This document shows positions 57,328 to 64,000 of a stretch of DNA of 64,000 nt, in pieces. Source of the DNA: Candidatus Kapaibacterium sp. (GTDB taxonomy: Bacteria; Bacteroidota; Ignavibacteria; Kapaibacteriales; NICIL-2); NCBI GenBank assembly GCA_026003475.1, contig BPHJ01000001.1:613189-677188 (forward strand), read 5' to 3'. Below the pieces are notes generated by a model. The model searched no databases. It saw only the letters and a list, made by a program, of their open reading frames with translations, and was not told the origin of the DNA. Within the stretch, counting starts at the first letter, position 1, and every line of letters starts with the position of its first letter. The translations under genes were made by a program, and so were the position numbers.

Positions 57328-57863
57328 AACGTCAAGCGTGGTATTTCGATGCAGTCGTGGTACTCTGCTTGATAGCTGTTCTTGGTTGGACAGCTTCAGT
57401 CGTGTTGAGCGTCGAAACGCCAGTGATTCCGTCTATGCGAACAGTGGATGTCTTCGATACGACAAGTGAGCAGGGGATGCGGTGGATCGTTGCCAGTGTT
57501 GAAGCTGAAGGTGCCGACTCTGCACTCGTTGCCCGGTACGCGACGATGCTCTACCATCGGCTGGTTCCCAAGCATCTCGACGATACGGGTGCCGTGCAGA
57601 TGGAAGTGTACGTTTACGATCCGGCGATGCGTCGGGACCTGGCTCCAGACGACGCAGCGTTGCTCACTCGTCGCAATCCGGCAACAATCGATCTGCTTGG
57701 TAAACTTGATCGAGCTGATAGCGCCTACATTGCCCTGCGGCTTTCGTCGCCATGGATGATCCTGGGACGGGATACGTTGCTGGTTGCACGGTCGCGCAAG
57801 GTCTATATTCCGAAAGAAGGCTACCGTTGGGCGTCGCTGGTGCGGCGACGTCCAGCACAGTGA
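57324..57863 (+). CDS. Hypothetical protein with an N-terminal membrane anchor
   Basis: ATGA overlap with the upstream kinase; fills the gap to the next gene; no family recognised. Confidence 0.6.
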   Translation: MKRQAWYFDAVVVLCLIAVLGWTASVVLSVETPVIPSMRTVDVFDTTSEQGMRWIVASVEAEGADSALVARYATMLYHRLVPKHLDDTGAVQMEVYVYDPAMRRDLAPDDAALLTRRNPATIDLLGKLDRADSAYIALRLSSPWMILGRDTLLVARSRKVYIPKEGYRWASLVRRRPAQ

Positions 57864-57885
57864 TGTTTCACACAGGAACTGCCAC

Positions 57886-58713
57886 ATGAACAAACAACAG
57901 TGCTATGCGCTGATTCTGGGAGCCTCCAGTGGTTTTGGACGCGCGACGGCACTGGCATTGGCAGCCGATGGGTTCCCCATCATAGGAGTGCATCTCGATC
58001 GTGCTGCGGCAATGCCCGCGGTCGAGGAGCTCAAACGCGAGATTCAGTCCTATGGTGTGCGGGCTCTATTTTTCAATGCCAATGCTGCTGATACGGAGCG
58101 GCGCACCGAAATCATTGCTGCGCTTACCCAGGAATTTGCAGAGCATCCGGGTAGTGGGGTGTACCTGCTGCTCCATTCGTTAGCATTTGGGTCGTTACGT
58201 CCACTGGTTGCACCCAATCATCACGAGGCCATCACGCAGAGCCAGCTGGAAATGACGCTCAACGTCATGGCAAACTCGTTGGTGTATTGGGTGCAGGAGC
58301 TCTATGCCAACGGGTTGTTACTGCGGCGGGGACGGATTCTTTCGCTTACCAGTGCTGGCAGCCATCGGAATTTGCCCATGTACGGTGCAGTCTCGGCAGC
58401 CAAAGCAGCACTCGAATCCTACACGCGCCAACTTGCGCTCGAGTTGGCACCAATGGAGATCACCGTCAATGCAATTCGGGCAGGGGTGACCGATACTCCC
58501 GCGCTTCGGAAAATCCCCGGTAACGATCGGCTCATTGCCAATGCAATCATGCGCAACCCGAACCACCGCTTGACAACACCCGAGGACGTTGCAAAGATCA
58601 TCACGCTCTTGGCACGTCCTGAAGCGCAGTGGATCAATGCACACGTGCTCGGCGCCGATGGTGGCGAGGATGCCATTGACATCACGTGGTGGGATGAGGC
58701 ACCCTCTGCCTAA
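57886..58713 (+). CDS. SDR oxidoreductase, enoyl-ACP reductase (FabL/FabI-like)
   Basis: GASSGFG Rossmann motif; YGAVSAAK (Yx6K, typical of enoyl reductases); TDTPALRKIPG; RLTTPEDVA. Confidence 0.8.
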   Translation: MNKQQCYALILGASSGFGRATALALAADGFPIIGVHLDRAAAMPAVEELKREIQSYGVRALFFNANAADTERRTEIIAALTQEFAEHPGSGVYLLLHSLAFGSLRPLVAPNHHEAITQSQLEMTLNVMANSLVYWVQELYANGLLLRRGRILSLTSAGSHRNLPMYGAVSAAKAALESYTRQLALELAPMEITVNAIRAGVTDTPALRKIPGNDRLIANAIMRNPNHRLTTPEDVAKIITLLARPEAQWINAHVLGADGGEDAIDITWWDEAPSA

Positions 58714-59287
58714 ACGCGTGCTGCAGGCTCTTGCTCTCCTGGCAGGAGCCTGCAGCATTGTTGGTTGTCTTCACCCCGTGCGCAGCGCATCGTTACCTGC
58801 TTGGGCGCAGACCCCAACACCCGCACCAACACCAAAGACCGAACGCTTTCGGGATACCCTCCAGCTCATTGTCGGTGAGCACTCAATGCCAATGCAATCA
58901 GGAGAGCAGGCGGTCACAGCGGACTCGATACGCGATGCCATTGCACTCTGTGAACAGGGTAACTCTCGCCAAGGGCAGCAAATCTTACTCGGTATTGTGG
59001 AATCACGCGATGAGGACGATTCCCTCCATTGGGAAGCACTCTTTCAGCTTGGGGAGTGCTATGCCGTCCATGGCGATGCTGAGCAAGCTCTTCGCTTGCT
59101 GGGCGACATCGCATACCGAGCATCCGGTGTTCCACCAGATACGCATGCTCGGTCAATTGTTCGGCTTGGACATGTGCTCTGCGTGCTTGGACGTCGGATC
59201 GAGGCGGCAGAACAGTTCGCACGCTTGCGGAAACTCTATCCGAACAGCCCCTATCGTGCAGCTGCAGATTGCATGGTCATTCGCTGA
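58694..59287 (+). CDS. Tetratricopeptide-repeat lipoprotein (CpoB/YbgF-like C-terminus)
   Basis: Lipobox-like IVGC; TPR motifs EALFQLGECY and RLGHVL...A...F..L...YPNSPY. Confidence 0.75.
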   Translation: MRHPLPKRVLQALALLAGACSIVGCLHPVRSASLPAWAQTPTPAPTPKTERFRDTLQLIVGEHSMPMQSGEQAVTADSIRDAIALCEQGNSRQGQQILLGIVESRDEDDSLHWEALFQLGECYAVHGDAEQALRLLGDIAYRASGVPPDTHARSIVRLGHVLCVLGRRIEAAEQFARLRKLYPNSPYRAAADCMVIR

Positions 59288-59891
59288 GCGTGCGACGCTT
59301 GCGCAGAACCATGCGCAGAATGATACCGGCAACCAATACGCACAGAACCGTAGTGATGGCCACTCCATAGGTGTGGAAGTAGCTTTCCACGACACGCCAA
59401 TTCCGACCCAATGCCGTGCCAGCATACAGCAGCAGGGAGTTCCAGACCAATGCACTGACAGCGCATAAAACCGTTGTGCGCATCGGCTCTAAGTGCGACA
59501 TTCCTGCAAACAGAGAAATCACCGATCGAGTGCCCGACATGAACCGATTGACAACGATGACGTAGTATCCCCACCGCTGAAACCATTGCTCAGCGCGGAC
59601 GAGCGCATCGAGAGGGAAAAGTTTGGCGATGCGGGATTGCATAATCCGGTCACCGAAGATGCGCCCAATGATGAACATGGTGTAAAACCCAGCCACACTG
59701 CCAGCGGTAGCACCAAGGAGGGTGAGGCCAAATCCCGCTGAACCAACTCCGACGAGTGTGCCGATGAAGACCAGCAATACATCGCTTGGCGATGGCGGAA
59801 GCACATTCTCCAGGTAAGTTATCGCAAACGCCGCAACGACAACACCCCACGACGGAAACCCAGAAAGAACATCAATGATTTGCTCCAGCAT
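59277..59891 (-). CDS. DedA family membrane protein
   Basis: ENVLPPSPSD, GSVAG...F.IGR..G, AEQWFQRWG...V.NRF..GTRS.IS..AG. Confidence 0.92.
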   Translation of the reverse strand: MLEQIIDVLSGFPSWGVVVAAFAITYLENVLPPSPSDVLLVFIGTLVGVGSAGFGLTLLGATAGSVAGFYTMFIIGRIFGDRIMQSRIAKLFPLDALVRAEQWFQRWGYYVIVVNRFMSGTRSVISLFAGMSHLEPMRTTVLCAVSALVWNSLLLYAGTALGRNWRVVESYFHTYGVAITTVLCVLVAGIILRMVLRKRRTLSE

Positions 59892-59898
59892 AGCTTTG
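59891..59898 (+). promoter_or_regulatory. Bacteroidota-type -7 promoter element upstream of the XRE regulator
   Basis: TAGCTTTG touches the dedA start codon; spacing favours the in-frame GTG 59930 as the XRE start. Confidence 0.45.
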
Positions 59899-59899
59899 C

Positions 59900-60550
59900 A
59901 TGGTGGTTCAACATGCGCAAGTTTACGACGTGCAGATTCGAACAGAGGATGAGTACCAACAGTGGAACAAACTTATCGGCACCAATCTCCGGGCACTGCG
60001 GCGCAAACATGGCCTGACGTTGAACCAGGTAGCTCAGGAGGCAAATATTTCGATCTCACACCTTGCCAATGCGGAACAGGGACGACGCTCGATTGGTGGC
60101 GAGCAGTTGCGCCGAATCCTCCAGTGCTACGGCTATTCGTTGGGAGTATTCTGTACACACATCAAATTGTTGCTTGGGTCGGAAGATGGTTTTGCCGAGC
60201 CCGCAAGCGATGCGGAGATCATCGAGCATTCGCCAATTCCGTTGATTGGCCGGCATAATCAAGAACCGCACCTGCTCTTGTTGCGCCCGACGCCTTCGAC
60301 CGATGAGCCAGAGCATCTACTGCTGATTTTACCACCGGGTACGGAGCTGTGGCGTTCTTACCTGGTGCTGCCGTGTCGGAGCAGCGTTGCCGTAGCACAC
60401 GGTGTGTTGTTGGTGGAGACCAAACACCGAGAGTATGCGCTGCACGCGAGCGAGTACCTTTCGATTCCGGCAGAAGTACCGCATCGCTTTCGGAACCACA
60501 CGCGTTCGGAAACGCGTGCCTATATTTGGGTAGAATCTGCATGGCTCTAA
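59900..60550 (+). CDS. XRE-family HTH transcriptional regulator with a C-terminal cupin domain
   Basis: IGTNLRALRRKHGLTLNQVA....SISHLANAEQG; cupin ...IPAEVPHRFRN; true start may be GTG 59930. Confidence 0.88.
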   Translation: MVVQHAQVYDVQIRTEDEYQQWNKLIGTNLRALRRKHGLTLNQVAQEANISISHLANAEQGRRSIGGEQLRRILQCYGYSLGVFCTHIKLLLGSEDGFAEPASDAEIIEHSPIPLIGRHNQEPHLLLLRPTPSTDEPEHLLLILPPGTELWRSYLVLPCRSSVAVAHGVLLVETKHREYALHASEYLSIPAEVPHRFRNHTRSETRAYIWVESAWL

Positions 60551-60551
60551 C

Positions 60552-62426
60552 ATGAATGTGTCGCAGTCGTCGCACCGCCGAACGCTCCGCATCTTGTGCA
60601 TCGAGGACCATCCGCTCGATCGCGAAATCCTTCGTCGTCAACTGGAGGCGGTCGAGCAGTGGGGAGAAATTATCCCCGAGGTGGTGTTTGCAGCATCGCT
60701 CGGCGAAGCGGTCCTTGCTGCCCAACGCGAACAGGTGGATGTGTGTATTGTGGATCTGCTCCTGCCAGATAGTCGGGGTGTCGAGACGCTCTATGCGCTC
60801 CGCCGAGTTGTCCCCTATGCAGCACTGGTGGTCGTCAGTAGCGATAGCGACCTGCTGACACTTCGCCAATCGGTCTATGCCAATGTCCACGGCTACCTGG
60901 TCAAAGGGGAGTACACACCTGGGGCCTTGGTGCGCAGCATCCTGGCGGCTTGGGAGCACTCTCAGCTTGAGCGTCGCCTGGCGGAAACCACCCATGAGCT
61001 CCATCGTTCGCAAGCACAGTATCGTGCTCTGCTGGAGTACCTTCCCGATGCGGTTATCATGACAGATGCTGAGGGGAAAATTCTCTATCTCAATCCTGCC
61101 GCGCACGTTCTCCTTGGGCGATCGGGCGGTGAACTCATTGGTGAGGAGCTGGCGCAACTGGACACAGCCACCGATACCGCTCGCGATATTGTCCTCCCTC
61201 ATCGGGATGGTCGGTTGCGGTACGCAGTAGTACGCACGCAACGAGCCATCCTCGAAGACCAAGAGGTCAAGCTTTACTTCCTCCATGACATTACCGAGCG
61301 GCGACTGTTGGAGCACCAACTCTTGGAGCATCAGCGCAGAGAGTTGCTTGGCATCCTTGCAAGCGGGATAGCTCACGACATCAACAATCTGCTCTCGCCG
61401 ATCATGCTGGGCGTGCAGACACTGCTCCGCACTGTCGAGGATGAGCGCTCCCGCCGCGTCTTAGCGATGATCGAGCAGTCAGCTCGCCGCGGCGCAGAGT
61501 TGGTCCGGCAAGTGCTCGGGTTTGCACGGTCTCAGGATGCTCACCGCGAACAGGTTGCACCGAAAGACATCATTGCGGCTGTCATCGGAAACTATCGTGC
61601 CCACCTTTCGCCGACAATTACGCTCGATACCAGTGGGGTTGATCTGGCAACACCCTCGTTCTATGCCGACCCGACACAAGTAGTGCAGGTTCTCTTGAAT
61701 CTTATCGCCAATGCACACCAAGCACTCGGAGAGCAGGGAGGCACTATCCGTCTGGCATGCTATCGGACGACAAGTCACGACCCTCGCCTTTCATCCAAGG
61801 GAATTGCCGACGCAGCATATGTTGTCTTCGAAGTTTCCGACACCGGCCACGGTATCCCAGAGGACATACGCCCGCGCATCTTCGAGCCATTTTTCACCAC
61901 ACGTCCCAATGCGACCGGGCTGGGACTCTACACAGTTCTGGCAATCGTCAAACGCCACGAAGGAACACTCCACATCGAGAGCACACCCGGAGTAGGTACC
62001 CGTGTGAGCGTCTTTTTCCCACTGACCGAAAATGCCGCTCCTCGACGCGCAACCGCGCTGGTTGTATCCCCAAGCGCAACGCTCCGGAACCTTGTCCGTG
62101 CCGCACTTGATGGCGTCGGACTCGGTGTGATTGAAGCAAGCTCATCATCGGAGGCATTGGGTACGTTCATCCGCTCAGGCAACACCGTTGATCTTGTCGT
62201 TGCTGACGATGATGAGCACGTTCCCATCGATCCCGATAAACTTCGGACCATCCGCGAACTCAAGCCGAGCGTTCGTGTTGTGTTGCTCTGCTCGTTGGTT
62301 GTTCAGCAGTCGCTGGCAGCGCTCGAAGGCAGCATTGTTGATGCATTCCTTCCGAAGCCATGTACCGATCAAATGCTGCTCGATGCTGTTGCTGCCCTGA
62401 TGGGGACAACTGCTGCCCTTGAGTAG
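60552..62426 (+). CDS. Cytoplasmic hybrid histidine kinase (REC-PAS-HisKA-HATPase-REC)
   Basis: REC IEDH...VDLLLPD; PAS LPDAVI.TD..G.ILY.N.AA; H-box GIAHDINNLL; N-box NLIANA; DTGHGI; FFTT; GLGL; degenerate C-terminal REC with FLPKP; no TM. Confidence 0.92.
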   Translation: MNVSQSSHRRTLRILCIEDHPLDREILRRQLEAVEQWGEIIPEVVFAASLGEAVLAAQREQVDVCIVDLLLPDSRGVETLYALRRVVPYAALVVVSSDSDLLTLRQSVYANVHGYLVKGEYTPGALVRSILAAWEHSQLERRLAETTHELHRSQAQYRALLEYLPDAVIMTDAEGKILYLNPAAHVLLGRSGGELIGEELAQLDTATDTARDIVLPHRDGRLRYAVVRTQRAILEDQEVKLYFLHDITERRLLEHQLLEHQRRELLGILASGIAHDINNLLSPIMLGVQTLLRTVEDERSRRVLAMIEQSARRGAELVRQVLGFARSQDAHREQVAPKDIIAAVIGNYRAHLSPTITLDTSGVDLATPSFYADPTQVVQVLLNLIANAHQALGEQGGTIRLACYRTTSHDPRLSSKGIADAAYVVFEVSDTGHGIPEDIRPRIFEPFFTTRPNATGLGLYTVLAIVKRHEGTLHIESTPGVGTRVSVFFPLTENAAPRRATALVVSPSATLRNLVRAALDGVGLGVIEASSSSEALGTFIRSGNTVDLVVADDDEHVPIDPDKLRTIRELKPSVRVVLLCSLVVQQSLAALEGSIVDAFLPKPCTDQMLLDAVAALMGTTAALE

Positions 62427-62432
62427 AAACCG

Positions 62433-62440
62433 TAACTTTG
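62433..62440 (+). promoter_or_regulatory. Bacteroidota-type -7 promoter element upstream of pruA
   Basis: TAACTTTG, 30 nt before ATG 62471. Confidence 0.6.
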
Positions 62441-62470
62441 CAGTGTGTCCAAACATGCTGTTCGTGCTTG

Positions 62471-64000
62471 ATGAAAGAGTTCCGCAACGAGCCAGTGCTC
62501 GATTTCCGTGATGTGAAAAACATTCGAAAGCAGCGTGCCGCACTTGAACAGGTGCGCTTGCAGTTGGGAAAGGAGTATCCCAACATCATCGCAGGCAAAC
62601 GGGTGTATTCGGAATCCAAAACTATTTCTCGCAATCCTGCTCGCCCGGAGGAAATCATCGGCGTTTTCCAAAAGAGCGGCACTGATCACGCTGAGCAAGC
62701 AATTACGGCTGCGCTCAAAGCATTCGAGCACTGGAAAAATGTTCCACCCAAGCAACGTGCTCGGTATCTGTTCAAAGCCGCTAACGAAATCCGCCGTCGG
62801 CGTTTCGAAATCAACGCGTGGATGATCCGGGAAGTCGGCAAAAATTACACCGAAGCAGATGCCGATACCTGCGAGGCAATTGACTTCCTCGAATTCTACG
62901 GACGTGAAATGCTGCGCTATGCTGAGTCTCAACCCGTGACACCAGTGCCTGGCGAAACCAACGAGCTGTTCTACATCCCGCTCGGCGTTGGTGTGATTTT
63001 ACCACCGTGGAATTTTCCCTTCGCGATCTTGGTCGGCATGACCAGTGCGGCGATCGTGACTGGCAATACGGTTGTTCTCAAGCCCTCGAGCGATTCGCCC
63101 ATGATGGGATGGCTCTTTGCCGAGATCATGCAGTCGGTCGGACTGCCGAAGGGGGTTCTGAACTTTTTGGTTGCCAGCGGCGCAGAAGCTGGCGATTACC
63201 TTGTGGCTCATCCGAAGACGCGCTTCATTGCATTCACCGGTTCCATGGAAGTGGGGCTGCATATCAATGAGCTTGCTGCTAAGCCCCAGCCTGGTCAGAT
63301 TTGGATCAAGCGCGTCGTCGCTGAAATGGGTGGGAAAGATGCCATCATTGTGGATAGTGAAGCTGACCTGGACGCAGCCGTGCAAGGAGTCGTTACCTCC
63401 GCATTCGGTTTCCAAGGGCAAAAATGCTCGGCATGCTCGCGGGCAATTGTTGATCGTGCAGTGTACAAAGAATTTGTTGCCAAGCTTCGCGATGCAGTTG
63501 CTGCGTTGCATGTTGGACCGCCGGAAGATAACTACTCAGTCGGACCAGTTGTCAGCGAACGGCAGAAGAACACTGTTCTGCAATACATCGAGATTGGGAA
63601 GCAGGAAGGTAAACTGCTCATTGGTGGCAATGCGATCGAGCACGAAGACGGCGGCTATTACATCGAACCGACAGTGTTTGTTGATGTCAAACCCACTGCT
63701 CGCATTGCGCAAGAAGAGATATTCGGTCCGGTCTTGGCGGTCATCAAAGCGCGCGATTTCGATGACGCCTTGCGTATCGCTAACGGTACGATCTATGGTT
63801 TGACGGGAGCGGTGTATTCGCGCAATCGCAAAAAACTCGAGCGCGCTCGTATCGAGTTTCATGTCGGGAATCTCTACCTCAACCGCAAGTGCACAGGAGC
63901 ACTCGTCGGCGGTCATCCATTTGGTGGCTTCAACATGAGTGGAACAGACTCCAAGGCTGGCGGGCGAGATTACTTGTTACTCTTCCTTCAGGCAAAGAGC
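62471..64000 (+). CDS. pruA: L-glutamate gamma-semialdehyde (1-pyrroline-5-carboxylate) dehydrogenase, truncated by the right window edge
   Basis: Absent from the ORF track because its stop is outside the window. Manual translation: MKEFRNEPVLDF...EADADTCEAIDFLEFYGR...PPWNFP...FTGSMEVG...EMGGKD...GFQGQKCSACSR...EEIFGP...GTDSKAGGRDYLLLFLQAKS. Confidence 0.95.
   Translation, partial: MKEFRNEPVLDFRDVKNIRKQRAALEQVRLQLGKEYPNIIAGKRVYSESKTISRNPARPEEIIGVFQKSGTDHAEQAITAALKAFEHWKNVPPKQRARYLFKAANEIRRRRFEINAWMIREVGKNYTEADADTCEAIDFLEFYGREMLRYAESQPVTPVPGETNELFYIPLGVGVILPPWNFPFAILVGMTSAAIVTGNTVVLKPSSDSPMMGWLFAEIMQSVGLPKGVLNFLVASGAEAGDYLVAHPKTRFIAFTGSMEVGLHINELAAKPQPGQIWIKRVVAEMGGKDAIIVDSEADLDAAVQGVVTSAFGFQGQKCSACSRAIVDRAVYKEFVAKLRDAVAALHVGPPEDNYSVGPVVSERQKNTVLQYIEIGKQEGKLLIGGNAIEHEDGGYYIEPTVFVDVKPTARIAQEEIFGPVLAVIKARDFDDALRIANGTIYGLTGAVYSRNRKKLERARIEFHVGNLYLNRKCTGALVGGHPFGGFNMSGTDSKAGGRDYLLLFLQAKS

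Overview
A very compact, gene-dense bacterial chromosome segment of about 59 CDS with many 1-4 bp overlaps. I see no rRNA, tRNA, CRISPR, integrase or transposase. The gene content (Bacteroidota-type clade II nos cluster, alternative complex III, DUF1573/DUF4292, a T9SS-type C-terminal domain, Bacteroidota-type QueA, a fliO-like gene) and recurrent TAnnTTTG promoter elements point to the FCB group, plausibly a Kapabacteria/Ignavibacteria-like lineage (inference). Blocks in order: partial DUF1460 amidase; exported GATase-like protein; smc; cytochrome c-nosZ-(nosB/nosL fusion)-nosDFY; mreBCD; fliO-like; nitrilase-pspA-YbjN-ECF sigma/anti-sigma/Spy-like; nupC-glmS-lptD-DUF4292; PTPS-folE-rnhB-pyrC; cytochrome c-ctaB-SCO-DUF420-actABCDEF; pspC-membrane protein-lysA; uvrB; divergent queA; glgP; isolated nuoMN; Ig-domain surface protein/beta-barrel/DUF1573; glgA-ispE; isoprenoid-alcohol kinase-like/FabL-like/TPR; dedA; XRE-cupin plus hybrid kinase; partial pruA. 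Most of this is housekeeping. The best leads are: (i) an N2O-reduction module with no NosR or NosGH whose likely electron donor is the nearby oxidase-less ACIII operon; (ii) a NosB-NosL fusion with an internal lipoprotein signal; (iii) matching ECF-type promoters that link the pspA-adjacent sigma operon to a distant pspC; (iv) a eukaryote-type PTPS-II coupled to folE; (v) a QueA with degenerate motifs. All calls come from motif recognition by eye and no database search was run. Start codons were often refined from the ORF track.
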